From NCBI GenBank assembly GCA_041494685.1, contig JBGQBE010000004.1:1-64000 (forward strand): a stretch of DNA of 64,000 nt, given 5' to 3'. The position numbers were made by a program, and so were the translations under genes. Origin of the DNA: Dehalococcoidia bacterium (GTDB lineage Bacteria > Chloroflexota > Dehalococcoidia > DSTF01 > JACRBR01). Shown here one piece after another: positions 19,246 to 29,134 of the stretch (positions are counted from its first letter, which is position 1; every line of letters starts with the position of its first letter). Below the pieces are notes generated by a model. The model saw nothing but the letters and a program-made list of their open reading frames with translations. It searched no databases and was not told where the DNA came from.

Positions 19246-20847
19246 ATGCGCATAATGACTCTGGCGACCGCGGCGATTCTCGCCGCCAGCTTCCTGTACT
19301 CGGGCCACCGCACCGCGGCGGCGCAGCAAACCTCATGCGCGCCCGCCGGCCAGACAGCGAACGTCCTGGTCAGCGTGCTGCAGTTAACGCCGCACGGCTT
19401 CAACGGCAACCCGTTCTCGGTTCTTGATGTCTACTTCCCGAGCGGAGATGTCGTGACGGTCATCGTCACCCCCGGCACGCGGTGGCACGGTAGCAGCCAG
19501 AGGCTGTCCGACGTGAAGATCGGCGACCACCTGCTGGCGGCGGGCGTCTGGCGCGCGGGCTGCTCGATCGAGGCCGACGACATCTACTCGACGGGCGCGA
19601 CGGGATTCTCGCTCGCCCTCAGCGGCGTACCGTCCGGGCCGGACTCGCTGCACCCGGGCGCGGTCATCACCTACGTGATCAACCACACCGAGCCGGCGGG
19701 CGCCGGCGCGACGTATCAGATCATCATCCCTCCCGGCACGACGTTCGTGTCCGCGCGCGCCGTGAGCGGCGCCGACGTCTGGACGGACGTCCAGTCCTTC
19801 ACGCCGCCCGCGCCACAGCATCTTGTGACAGTCTTCGCGCGCCCGACCGCGCCCACCGGTAGCATCGAGGTGAAGGTGCGCGTCAATGCGATCTGGCAGG
19901 GCACGGTGACCGCGGAGGCGCGCTTCCTCTTCACCGCCCTCGGAGCTTCAAACGCGATCGACGCGTCGGTGGTGCTCCCCGACGGTGTCCCGGGCCAAGT
20001 CGTGGCCTCCGCCTTCGTCGATCTGAACGGCGACGCCGTGCTTGGACCCGACGACATCGCCGAGAGCTGTCCAATCTGGGTGTATTCGGACCTCACCGGC
20101 ACGCGTGTACCCGATGCCCTTTCCGGCACGGATGATCCCCGGCTGCCGCTCGTTGCCTCGGCGCACAGCGACGAGACGGGCGTCGCGCGCATCAACCTGC
20201 TGCCGGGGCGCTATGCGGTGTTGCTGGGCGGCTGCGACGTGCCGCTGCCGCCGTCGGGGCTGCCCGAAACGACCTTCGACGTGATCAGCACGCCGCCGGA
20301 AACGCCGATTCTCAGCGTGTCCGGAGCCGCCACGTACCGCGTGCAGCTCGTCGACGTCCAGAGCACGAAGCTCACTAACGTGATCCGCGCCGAACGTCCG
20401 ATCGGGCCAACGGCGTCCCCAACGGATCTCCGCTGGGATGGCCTCACCGTCACGTGGGTCGACAACGCGGCTGGAGAGTCCAGCTACCAGGTGAGTATCC
20501 AGTCCAGCACCGACGCCGGGACGTTCACGCTCCCGGCCAACAGCACGCGCTTCGTCATACCGTCGCGCTTTATGGTGCCGTGTGGCGCGACTAGCCTGCA
20601 GGTCACGGTGACGGCGGCGATCGGCGGCGTGGCGGGCTATCCGTCCCGGGCCTTCATAGGCAGCGTCGCGGACTGCCTGCCGCAGCCTGTCCGTGCGCCG
20701 AACGCGGGGACAGGCCCGGGCGCGCATGCGCAGGTGCCGGCGCGCGTCGCCGGGTTGCTGCTGGCAGCTGGTCTGGCCCTCGTCGTGCTCGGCGCGGTCT
20801 CGTTCAAGAAGGCGCGCGTCGGCAGCGGGCCACGATATCGCAGCTGA
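19246..20847 (+). CDS. Secreted multidomain surface protein with a C-terminal APNAGTGP-TM-KK sorting tail
   Basis: Signal peptide; OB/DUF5666-like, DUF11-like, SdrD-B-like (AFVDLNGD) and Fn3-like (VTWVDN..GE..Y) segments by eye; C-terminal TM. Confidence 0.7.
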   Translation: MRIMTLATAAILAASFLYSGHRTAAAQQTSCAPAGQTANVLVSVLQLTPHGFNGNPFSVLDVYFPSGDVVTVIVTPGTRWHGSSQRLSDVKIGDHLLAAGVWRAGCSIEADDIYSTGATGFSLALSGVPSGPDSLHPGAVITYVINHTEPAGAGATYQIIIPPGTTFVSARAVSGADVWTDVQSFTPPAPQHLVTVFARPTAPTGSIEVKVRVNAIWQGTVTAEARFLFTALGASNAIDASVVLPDGVPGQVVASAFVDLNGDAVLGPDDIAESCPIWVYSDLTGTRVPDALSGTDDPRLPLVASAHSDETGVARINLLPGRYAVLLGGCDVPLPPSGLPETTFDVISTPPETPILSVSGAATYRVQLVDVQSTKLTNVIRAERPIGPTASPTDLRWDGLTVTWVDNAAGESSYQVSIQSSTDAGTFTLPANSTRFVIPSRFMVPCGATSLQVTVTAAIGGVAGYPSRAFIGSVADCLPQPVRAPNAGTGPGAHAQVPARVAGLLLAAGLALVVLGAVSFKKARVGSGPRYRS

Positions 20848-21177
20848 TCCCCCGCAGCGCGTACAACGTCCCCACACCCCGTGCCATCCCCCGCTTGGCG
20901 TTCGCTGCGCCCATCCCCCACAATCGCCCCGCGCGTAATGCGCCCGCGGCGCCACGCGGCGCAGCCAGCCGGCAAGGCGTTCCAAAAGGTCGAAATTACA
21001 AAACAGGTACACGGCCAGATTCAATTTGCGAAACATAACGCGAAATGAGGTACCGAAAACCCCCGGAAACGGTACGCCGGACGCCGTCTCGCGGTACCTG
21101 TCGCCCCCGCTCCCGGCAACGTCCGTAAGGCGTACAATGTCCGCAGGCTCCGGCTCGCGGACGCGCCGCAAGAAAGT

Positions 21178-21245
21178 AGAACATCCGTACTTGACAGCGG
21201 GCGCGCCCGATCCTATCATAGCCCGGCAGTTAGCCCATTTGTTCT
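21178..21245 (+). promoter_or_regulatory. recA promoter (TTGACA-N17-TATCAT) with two LexA-type boxes
   Basis: AGAAC-ATCC-GTACT at 21178-21191 and AGCCC-ATTT-GTTCT at 21232-21245; -35 at 21191-21196 and -10 at 21214-21219. Confidence 0.75.
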
Positions 21246-21271
21246 AACGCTCTGGCAGGAGGCTCCCCCGC

Positions 21272-22381
21272 ATGGCACGCAACACCGAGAAGTCCGCCCA
21301 ACGCGACCGCTCCAGCGAGATGAGCGACGCGAAGAAGGACCAGGCCCTCAAGGACACGCTCGCCGACATCGAGAAGCGCTACGGCCACGGCGCCATCATG
21401 AAGCTCGGCGACGCGACCAACTTCGAGGTCGAGGTCATCTCCACCGGCTCCCTCGCCCTCGACATGGCGCTCGGCGTCAGCGGCCTGCCGCGCGGCCGCA
21501 TCACCGAGATCTACGGCCCCGAGGGCGCCGGCAAGTCCACGCTCGCCTACCACGTCGTCGCCTCCGCCCAGCGCATGGGCGGCGTCGCCGCCTATATCGA
21601 CGTCGAGCACGCGCTCGACAAGGACCACGCCGAGTCGTGCGGCATCAACGTCGCCGAACTGCTGATCTCGCAGCCGGACACCGGCGAGCAGGCGCTCGAG
21701 ATCTGCGACGCGCTCGTCCGCAGCAACGCCGTCGACGTCATCGTCGTCGACAGCGTCGCCGCGCTCGTTCCGCGCGCCGAGATCGAAGGCGACATGGGCG
21801 ACTCGCTGCCGGGCCTCCAGGCGCGGCTCATGTCGCAGGCGCTCCGCAAGCTCACCGCCGTCATCTCCAAGTCGCGCGCCAGCGTCATCTTCATCAACCA
21901 GCTCCGCGAGAAGATCGGCGTCGTCTTCGGCAACCCGGAGGTCACGCCCGGCGGCCGCGCGCTCAAGTTCTACAGCTCCGTCCGCATCGAGCTGCGCCGC
22001 GCCGAAACCCTCAAGCAGGGCACCGACATCATCGGCAACCGCGTGCGCGCCAAGATCGTCAAGAACAAGGTCGCCGCACCGTTCCGCACCGCCGAGTTCG
22101 ACATCCTCTTCAGCGGCAAGCACCGCGGCATCAGCCGCGAGGGCGATATCGTGGACCTGGGCGTCGACGGCAACATCCTCAAGAAGATGGGCGCCTTCTT
22201 CAGCTACGGTGAACTGCGCCTTGGCCAGGGACGCGAGGCCGCCAAGGAGTACCTGCGCCAGAACCCGGAGATCGCGCACGAGATCGAGAACCTGATCGTC
22301 ACCGCCGCGCCCGCCGCCCGCGCCGAGGCCAGCCGCAACGGCCACGGCCCCGCCGTCGCCGAGCTCGAGCCGGAGGAGTAG
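21272..22381 (+). CDS. recA: Recombinase A
   Basis: [39 protein letters not shown] and [12 protein letters not shown] motifs. Confidence 0.99.
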   Translation: MARNTEKSAQRDRSSEMSDAKKDQALKDTLADIEKRYGHGAIMKLGDATNFEVEVISTGSLALDMALGVSGLPRGRITEIYGPEGAGKSTLAYHVVASAQRMGGVAAYIDVEHALDKDHAESCGINVAELLISQPDTGEQALEICDALVRSNAVDVIVVDSVAALVPRAEIEGDMGDSLPGLQARLMSQALRKLTAVISKSRASVIFINQLREKIGVVFGNPEVTPGGRALKFYSSVRIELRRAETLKQGTDIIGNRVRAKIVKNKVAAPFRTAEFDILFSGKHRGISREGDIVDLGVDGNILKKMGAFFSYGELRLGQGREAAKEYLRQNPEIAHEIENLIVTAAPAARAEASRNGHGPAVAELEPEE

Positions 22382-22403
22382 CATCGAGCCTCCGCGCCGC
22401 TCG

Positions 22404-23060
22404 ATGATCATCACCTCGATCGAACGCACCCCGAAGCGCCGCGGCCGCGTCGACGTCTACGTCGACGGGGTCGCGACCTTCGAGGTCGCGGGCGCTACCG
22501 CGACGGCCCAGGGGTTGCGCGCCGGCGAGCCCATCGACCGCGCCCGCATCGACGCCATCGTCGCGGCCGACCGGCACCGCCTGGCGCTCGATACGGCCGT
22601 CGCAATGCTGGCGCGCCGCCCCCGCAGCGAGCACGACGTCCGCCAGCGCCTGGCGCGCGCCCGCTTCGACGAAGCGCTGATCGACGACACGCTGCGCCGC
22701 CTTCGCGACGCGAAGCTGCTCGACGACGCAGACTACGCCCGCGCCTACACCGAGTCGCGCGACCGCACCAGCCCGCGCGGCCGCCGCCTGATCGTGCAGG
22801 AGCTGCGCGCCAGCGGCGTCACCGCCGAAGTCGCGCGCGACGCCGCCACGGCGGTCTCCGACGAAGAGGCCGCGTACCGCCTCGCGGAGCGCCGCGTCCG
22901 CTCGCTCGCCGCGCTCGACTACCGCGCGTTCCGCGACCGCCTGGGCGGCTACTTGCAGCGCCGCGGCTTCGGCTGGGAGACCTGCCGCGCCACCATCGCC
23001 CGCTGCTGGGAGGAGCTCGGCCGCGCCGGCGCGGACTTCGAGGACGGAGCGGACGCATGA
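22404..23060 (+). CDS. recX: Regulatory protein RecX
   Basis: Directly after recA; RPRSE, LLDD..YA, PRG.R.I..EL and YLQRRGF motifs. Confidence 0.92.
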   Translation: MIITSIERTPKRRGRVDVYVDGVATFEVAGATATAQGLRAGEPIDRARIDAIVAADRHRLALDTAVAMLARRPRSEHDVRQRLARARFDEALIDDTLRRLRDAKLLDDADYARAYTESRDRTSPRGRRLIVQELRASGVTAEVARDAATAVSDEEAAYRLAERRVRSLAALDYRAFRDRLGGYLQRRGFGWETCRATIARCWEELGRAGADFEDGADA

Positions 23061-23566
23061 GCGGCGACGCCGGGGAGCCGCGCGCCGATCGGCCGTACAT
23101 GCCCGGCTACGGCATCTCCGCATCGCCGGAGGGACAGCTCCCGTGGCGCTGGGCGGCGGAGCGGCTCGCGGCGGCGCGCAACTACTTCATCGCGACCGTG
23201 CGCGACGATCCCGCGCGCCCACACGTCATGCCCGTCTGGGGCGTCTGGATCGATGACGCGTTCTACTTCAGCACGAGTGCCACGTCGCGCAAGACGTGCA
23301 ACCTGCGCGCAGACCCGCACTGCGTGGTCACGCCCGAGAGCGGCGGCGAAGCGGTGATCGTCGAGGGCGTCGCCTCCGTTGTCGACGACGCCGACCTCAC
23401 GCGGCGCGTGATCAAGATCTACGAGACGAAATACGCCTGGGACATGACCGGCTACGACGACCCGCTCTGGTGCGTCCGCCCCACGACCGTCTTCGCGTTC
23501 ATCGAAGCCGGCCCCGGCGCCGAGAGCGTCTTCGCTGCCACATCCACGCGATGGACCTTCGCGTGA
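23057..23566 (+). CDS. Pyridoxamine 5'-phosphate oxidase-like flavin/F420-binding protein
   Basis: RPYMPGYG, RPHVMPVWGVW and RK..NL..DP motifs. Confidence 0.8.
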   Translation: MSGDAGEPRADRPYMPGYGISASPEGQLPWRWAAERLAAARNYFIATVRDDPARPHVMPVWGVWIDDAFYFSTSATSRKTCNLRADPHCVVTPESGGEAVIVEGVASVVDDADLTRRVIKIYETKYAWDMTGYDDPLWCVRPTTVFAFIEAGPGAESVFAATSTRWTFA

Positions 23567-23629
23567 TCTCTAATCTCTAATCTCCACGCCCGTCTCGCAT
23601 CGCGCGTCCGCCTCCGCTACCCTGCCACG

Positions 23630-24751
23630 GTGAAGCTCCGCCGCGCCGCCATCGCCACCGCGCTGCTCCTGCTCCCGGCCGTCGTGCTCGCGTGCGGCGG
23701 CGGATCAGGCAACGCCACCGCCACAAAGATCCTCCCTACGCCAGGCACCGCCTCCGCGACCAGCGCCGCGCCGGCGAAGACACCCGCGCCGCCCGGCGCG
23801 ACGCCCGCCGCTAGCGCCGCCGCATCGCCCGCGAAATCCGGCGGCGCGGGTTCGCTGATCCTGGCGAAGCCGGAGGGGCTGTTCGAGTTCCAGATCGGAT
23901 CCGGCACGACGAAACAGCTCTTGGCCCCGGCGCCGGAAGGCGCGTACCTGCTCGACCCGGCGCTCTCGCCTGACGCCGCGTCGCTCGCCTACATCTCGCA
24001 GCCGCCGCCGAAGGTGCAGGGCGCCCAGTACGACGCGGGCTCCGACCTCTGGGTCGCCGCCCGCGACGGCTCGAACCCCCATGCTGTCTTCACGCACCCC
24101 ACCCCGAACCAGCTCGTCCGCTTCCCCCAGTGGGAGGACGCCGGCCACATCCTGGCGATCGTGCAGGAGTTCTCAGAGCAGAGCGGCGCGACGAACGTCA
24201 CCTACTGGCTCGAGCGCGTCGACGTGGCCACCGGCGCACGCGCGAAGGTGCTGCGGGACGTGCCCGCGTTCGGCCTCTCGCCGGACCGCAAGCGCGTCGT
24301 CTTCGCGCAGCTCGCGCCGCAGACCGGCGAGACGCTGATGCTCGCCGACCTAGCCGGCGGCACGGCCACGACGCTCGTCGGCACGGACCAGAACCTCGCG
24401 CCGTTCAACTTCCCCACGTACTCTCACGACGGCACGAAGATTGCCTTCGCCTCCGCCGACCAGACCGGCGCGCGCGCAAACGAGCCCGCCATCACGATGG
24501 CGTCGTACGCTCCATCCCGGCGCTCGCTCGACGGGTTGCCGGAAGACATCTGGACGGTCGATGCGACCGGTGGCGCGCCCGTGCGCGTGGCCGACCTCAA
24601 GGAAGACCTGCCTTCGCTCACGTGGAGCGGCGACGATACGCACATGTACGTCTTCGGCTCCGCTGCGCTCTACGACGTCAACCTCAAGAACGGCGCGTCC
24701 AACCGCATCGGCGATGGCGGGTACCACGGCCAGGTGACCTGGGCGCCGTGA
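23630..24751 (+). CDS. Lipoprotein with a TolB/PD40-like beta-propeller
   Basis: Lipobox VLAC, P/A/T linker, repeats PALSPD, LSPDRKR and YSHDGTKIAF. Confidence 0.75.
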   Translation: MKLRRAAIATALLLLPAVVLACGGGSGNATATKILPTPGTASATSAAPAKTPAPPGATPAASAAASPAKSGGAGSLILAKPEGLFEFQIGSGTTKQLLAPAPEGAYLLDPALSPDAASLAYISQPPPKVQGAQYDAGSDLWVAARDGSNPHAVFTHPTPNQLVRFPQWEDAGHILAIVQEFSEQSGATNVTYWLERVDVATGARAKVLRDVPAFGLSPDRKRVVFAQLAPQTGETLMLADLAGGTATTLVGTDQNLAPFNFPTYSHDGTKIAFASADQTGARANEPAITMASYAPSRRSLDGLPEDIWTVDATGGAPVRVADLKEDLPSLTWSGDDTHMYVFGSAALYDVNLKNGASNRIGDGGYHGQVTWAP

Positions 24752-24756
24752 GGGCG

Positions 24757-25866
24757 ATGCGTTTCGTCATCGCCCCGCAGGAGTTCAAGGGCTCGCTCAC
24801 GGCCGCGCAGGCCGCCGCCGCCATTGCCGCCGGCGTGCGCGACGCGCTGCCCGACGCGACGCTCGACATCGCGCCAATGTCCGACGGCGGCGCGGGCCTC
24901 GTCGATGCGCTGCTCTCCGCTCACGGCGGCCGCCGCATCGAGACGCCGGTACACGACCCGCTGATGCGCCCCGTCGCCGCCGTCTGGGCGCTGCTCGCCG
25001 ACGGCTCCGCCGCGATCGAGATGGCCGCCGCGTCCGGGCTCGTGCTGCTCGCGCCGGGCGAGCCCGACCCGCTCGCCGCCACCACCTTCGGCACCGGCGA
25101 ACTGATCCGCGCGGCTCTCGACCACGGCCGCCGCGACATCATCGTCGGCGTCGGGGGCAGCGCCACTGTCGACGGCGGCGCGGGCGCGATGCAGGCGCTC
25201 GGCGCGCAGTTGCGCGACGCCGCCGGCGCGGAGCTGCCGCCCGGCGGCGGCCCGCTCGCGCGCCTCGCGTCGATCGATCTCTCCGCGCGCGACCCGCGCC
25301 TTACCGGCGCGCGCGTCCGCGTCGCCAGCGACGTCACGAACACGCTTTGCGGCCCGCAGGGCGCCGCGGCGATCTTCGGCCCGCAGAAGGGCGCGACGCC
25401 GGACACCATCCCGCTGCTCGACGCGGCGCTCCGCCATTTCGCCGCGATCGCGCTGCGCGACACGGGCGTGGACGTCCTGTCCGTCGCGGGCGGCGGCGCG
25501 GCGGGCGGCCTCGGCGCGGGTCTGATGCTAGTCGCCCGCGCGACGATCGAGCCGGGCTTCCCGCTCGTCGCGGCGGCCGCACGCCTGGGCGAGCGCATTG
25601 CCGCGGCCGATGCCGTGATCACGGGCGAAGGGAAGCTCGACGCGCAGACCGCGTTTGGCAAGACCGCCGACGGCGTGGCAACGCTCGCCCGCGCGCATGG
25701 CAAGCGCATCGCCGTTGTTGCCGGCCTCGTCGAGGGCTCGCCGCCGGGCTACGACGTCATCGAGCAGGCGGCCCCGGCCGGCATGGCGGCCGGGGCCGCG
25801 ATGCGCAACGCCGCGGCACTCGTCCGCGCCGCCGCCGCGCGCGCGGCACGCGCGCTCGCTACTTGA
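24757..25866 (+). CDS. Glycerate kinase
   Basis: IAPQEFKGSL, SDGGAG, GGSATVDGGAG, FGPQKGA and ITGEGKLD.QT..GK motifs. Confidence 0.93.
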   Translation: MRFVIAPQEFKGSLTAAQAAAAIAAGVRDALPDATLDIAPMSDGGAGLVDALLSAHGGRRIETPVHDPLMRPVAAVWALLADGSAAIEMAAASGLVLLAPGEPDPLAATTFGTGELIRAALDHGRRDIIVGVGGSATVDGGAGAMQALGAQLRDAAGAELPPGGGPLARLASIDLSARDPRLTGARVRVASDVTNTLCGPQGAAAIFGPQKGATPDTIPLLDAALRHFAAIALRDTGVDVLSVAGGGAAGGLGAGLMLVARATIEPGFPLVAAAARLGERIAAADAVITGEGKLDAQTAFGKTADGVATLARAHGKRIAVVAGLVEGSPPGYDVIEQAAPAGMAAGAAMRNAAALVRAAAARAARALAT

Positions 25867-26827
25867 TCGCCAGCGCGTTCGGCGGCGATCCCACGCCGCC
25901 CGGCATATTCAGCGGTGCGGACGTCACCAGGAACTCATACACGCCGTCGGCGGCGCAGTCCGCCGCCAGGGCGTCCAGCTCCCACATCTCGCCCAGGTTC
26001 ATCCCGAAATACGTGATCAACTGGATGTGCAGGAATCCGCGCTCCGCGGTCGGCGGCCACGACTCTACCGCGATCACGTCCGTCGCCACGGCCGCCACGT
26101 GCTGGTCCCAGAGGTACGCGGCCATCTCCGGGCCGGCCAGCAGCCCCGGTGCGACCAGGTGCTCCGCCAATTCGGTCTGCACGTTCGCGGGCTGCGCGCG
26201 GAGCCAGCCCAGCCAGCCCGTGCGGAAGAGCAGCAGGTCGCCCGTGCGGATTGCCACGCCCTGCGCCTTGCGGCACGCCTCCAGCGTCGCCATATCCATG
26301 CTCTGCGAGCTGTGGAGGTCCAGCGGCGTCCCCTGCTGCTCGAGGTAGCGGCCCACGTCCAGCAGCACGCCGCGCGTCGCGATGCCGCGCTCCGCGATGT
26401 TCTGGATGCCCAGCACCGTGCTGCCCGGCGCCAGCACCTGGTCGTGCGTCACGCCGTTGTAGAAGCCCAGCCCCGGGTGGCACACGTGCCGGTGCCCGTC
26501 CCACTGCGTCGATGACTGCGGGCAGAAGTTGTCGATGTACTCATCGTACGACAGCGGCATACCGTTGCTACAGTCGAACATCGTCCGGCGCGGTGCGGCG
26601 CGGAACCAGAACAGCGGCCGCTTCGGCTCGTCGAGCGGCGCGTTCAGGCTGAAGACCGCGCCCTTGCGCACCAGCGCCGCCGCCTCCGCCGTCTTGCGCG
26701 GCGTCACGAGGTTCCACGTGCCCAGCTCGTCGTCGTCGCCAAAGAGCCCCCACGCCGACCCCGCGGGCGCGCCCGCCTTCACCGGCAGATCGCTGAATGC
26801 AGGCAGATGGTCGATGTCGAACGGCAT
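25859..26827 (-). CDS. Cyclase family (kynurenine formamidase-like) protein
   Basis: AWGLFG.DDELGTWN, PQSSTQWDGHRH, TRGVLLDV, GDLLLFRTGW and GGVGSPPNA motifs. Confidence 0.9.
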   Translation of the reverse strand: MPFDIDHLPAFSDLPVKAGAPAGSAWGLFGDDDELGTWNLVTPRKTAEAAALVRKGAVFSLNAPLDEPKRPLFWFRAAPRRTMFDCSNGMPLSYDEYIDNFCPQSSTQWDGHRHVCHPGLGFYNGVTHDQVLAPGSTVLGIQNIAERGIATRGVLLDVGRYLEQQGTPLDLHSSQSMDMATLEACRKAQGVAIRTGDLLLFRTGWLGWLRAQPANVQTELAEHLVAPGLLAGPEMAAYLWDQHVAAVATDVIAVESWPPTAERGFLHIQLITYFGMNLGEMWELDALAADCAADGVYEFLVTSAPLNMPGGVGSPPNALAIK

Positions 26828-26944
26828 TGTCGTCCCTCCTAGGCTCGTGGCGGTTGCGCCCTATCGTCGCGCACGCCGCCGCGAGGCGGAAGCCCGCTTG
26901 CTCGCCGCGCCCCCGCCGCGCACAATCACCGCGAAGGAGGCGCC

Positions 26945-27898
26945 ATGCCCACGATCCAGACCGCCACCGGCCCCATCGACAGCGCAGCACTCGGATTCAC
27001 GCTGATGCACGAGCACATCTTCGTGCTCTCGGAGGGCGTCATCCCCAACTTCCCGCACTTGTGGGACCGCGTCGCGCGCAAGGCGCAGGCCGTCACCGCG
27101 CTCAACGAGGCCCACGCGCACGGCGTCACCACCATCGTCGACCTCACCGTGCTCGGCCTCGGCCGCGACGTCGCGCTCGTGCGCGAGATCGCCCGCGAGT
27201 CCGACATGCAGGTGATCGTCGCCACGGGCCTCTACACCTACGATGCGCTCCCCCACTACTTCGAGAACCGCGACGAGGACCACATGGCCGACCTCTTCGT
27301 GCGCGACATCGAGACGGGCATCCAGGACACGGGTGTCCGCGCCGCGATCCTCAAGTGCGCCACCGACGAGCACGGCCTCACGCCCGGCGTCGAGAAGGTG
27401 CTGCGCGCCGTCGCGCGCGCCCACCGCCGCACGGGCGTGCCGATCTCCACCCATACGCACGCCGCGAGTGAGCAGGGGCTCGCGCAGCAGCGCATCTTCC
27501 GCGAAGAGGGCGTCGACCTCTCGCGCTGCGTCATCGGCCATTGCGGCGACTCAGAGGATCTGGCCTATCTCGAGAAGCTAATGGACGCGGGCAGCTACAT
27601 CGGCATGGACCGCTTCGGCATCGACACGATCCTCCCCTCGGAGACGCGGGTCGCGGTCATCGCCCAGCTCTGCGCCCGCGGTCGCGCCAACCGTATGGTG
27701 CTGGCCCACGACACCTCGTGTTACATCGACTGGTTCGAGCCCGCCATGATCAAGCACGTCGTGCCGCGCTGGAACTTCCTGCACATCCCGGACGACGTCG
27801 TCCCGGCGCTCCGCCAGGCGGGCGTCACCGAGGAGCAGATCCGCACGATGACCGTGGACAACCCGCGGCGCATCTTCGAGCGCCAGGGCGGGTACTAG
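26945..27898 (+). CDS. Phosphotriesterase-related protein (PTE family lactonase)
   Basis: TLMHEH, ATGLY, ILKCATD, ISTHT, IGH, GMDRFG and LAHD motifs. Confidence 0.92.
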   Translation: MPTIQTATGPIDSAALGFTLMHEHIFVLSEGVIPNFPHLWDRVARKAQAVTALNEAHAHGVTTIVDLTVLGLGRDVALVREIARESDMQVIVATGLYTYDALPHYFENRDEDHMADLFVRDIETGIQDTGVRAAILKCATDEHGLTPGVEKVLRAVARAHRRTGVPISTHTHAASEQGLAQQRIFREEGVDLSRCVIGHCGDSEDLAYLEKLMDAGSYIGMDRFGIDTILPSETRVAVIAQLCARGRANRMVLAHDTSCYIDWFEPAMIKHVVPRWNFLHIPDDVVPALRQAGVTEEQIRTMTVDNPRRIFERQGGY

Positions 27899-28067
27899 GT
27901 AGCTGCTCAGCTGGTCAGCCGATCAGCTTGTCAGCGGCCGAACCCGCCTCTGGCTGCAATGACGCGCGCCGGGGCAGCGTTTCTGGAGATAAGCCCGCGT
28001 TGTGACGGGCATAGGCCACGGCTATAATGCGGCACATTCTCAGGGCCGCGAGCCCATAGGAGCGACG

Positions 28068-28505
28068 TTGCCGAAGCAGAACCGCCCACTCGTCCGTGAT
28101 GGAAAGATCCAGCCGCGACAGAAGCGCACCGACCGCAGCTACTTAGGCGGCGACACCCCGGCGCGCGCGGACGACACCGCGCCCGTCGACGACGAAGCTG
28201 TAGCCGCTGAAGTAGCCGAGGCCGCTCCTCCGGAAACGCCGCTGCCGGTCGATCCCGGCGCCGCCTTCGCTGCCCCGCAGGCCGCCGCGCCCGCGCCGCT
28301 GCCCGCCCGCTCCGCTCCCTCGGGCAAGCTGCCGACCGCCGTCCGCGCGATCCAGCAGCAGGGCGTCCGCAAGCGCCGCGAGTTCGACGTCCAGGCGCTG
28401 GCCGTGCGCGACACCCAGTACGCCATCCACGAGCTCCGGCGCATCGCCGTTCTCGCGAGCGGCGTTGTCATCACGCTCATCGTCCTTACCTTCGTCCTGC
28501 GCTGA
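28068..28505 (+). CDS. Hypothetical tail-anchored membrane protein
   Basis: TTG start after AGGAG; promoter TTGTGA-N17-TATAAT (28000-28028); C-terminal YAIHELRRIA plus TM. Confidence 0.65.
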   Translation: MPKQNRPLVRDGKIQPRQKRTDRSYLGGDTPARADDTAPVDDEAVAAEVAEAAPPETPLPVDPGAAFAAPQAAAPAPLPARSAPSGKLPTAVRAIQQQGVRKRREFDVQALAVRDTQYAIHELRRIAVLASGVVITLIVLTFVLR

Positions 28506-28506
28506 T

Positions 28507-28546
28507 CCCTACCCCCGACCCCTCTCCCACAAGGCGGAGAGGGGAG
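28507..28546 (+). repeat. REP-like palindromic intergenic element
   Basis: CCCTACCCCCGACCCCTCTCCC-ACAA-GGCGGAGAGGGGAG, resembling the widespread CCCTCACCCC..CCCTCTCCC..GGGAGAGGG element. Confidence 0.55.
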
Positions 28547-28625
28547 GACAGCATCCAGCGAGCCGGGGACGCAGCAAGAAGGGGCCCCTTCGGCCCCTTA
28601 CATCGACGCTGCCGGGCGCACGCGC

Positions 28626-29120
28626 CTAGCGCAGCCGCCCGATCGCGATGAAGCAGGCAAAGAACAGCGACACGCTGCTCTGCAGGTCGAACACGAAGCG
28701 CGACGAATATCCGTCGCCCAGCAGCAGCACGCTGCGCAGCGACCACGCCAGCAACACGCCGGTCACGGCGATCGCCTGTAGCGGCGGCCCGACTTTCCGG
28801 TTGATCCCCAGCGACACTGACTCGCCGATCGCGTAGCCGATCGCCAGCCCGGCCAGCACTCCGTAGAAGACGTAGAGCAGCGGGTAGGGGCTGAACCACC
28901 ACCACGCCACGCCGATCGCGGTGCCGCTCACGATCGCCGAGCCCGCGGCGCGGATGAACGTCTCGGCGCCGATGTTATAGGTGGGGATACGGCGGACGTT
29001 GGCGCACTCGCGGCAGCGCCCGCCTACGGGCGTGTACACCATGCAGCGCGGGCAGATCGCCTTACCGCAACGGCTGCACGCCAGCTCTGTCTCGACGGTC
29101 GGATGCGTCGCGCACTGCAT
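28626..29120 (-). CDS. B-box-type zinc-finger membrane protein
   Basis: CATHP..ET.L.C.RCGK.ICP.CM...PVG..C.EC followed by TM helices. Confidence 0.8.
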   Translation of the reverse strand: MQCATHPTVETELACSRCGKAICPRCMVYTPVGGRCRECANVRRIPTYNIGAETFIRAAGSAIVSGTAIGVAWWWFSPYPLLYVFYGVLAGLAIGYAIGESVSLGINRKVGPPLQAIAVTGVLLAWSLRSVLLLGDGYSSRFVFDLQSSVSLFFACFIAIGRLR

Positions 29121-29134
29121 GCGTCAGCGTGCTC

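Noticed and set aside
21028..21055. dif-like site (reverse complement contains TTATGTT)
   Set aside because: Only part of a XerD arm matches, and there is no ATAA-ending XerC arm at the right spacing.
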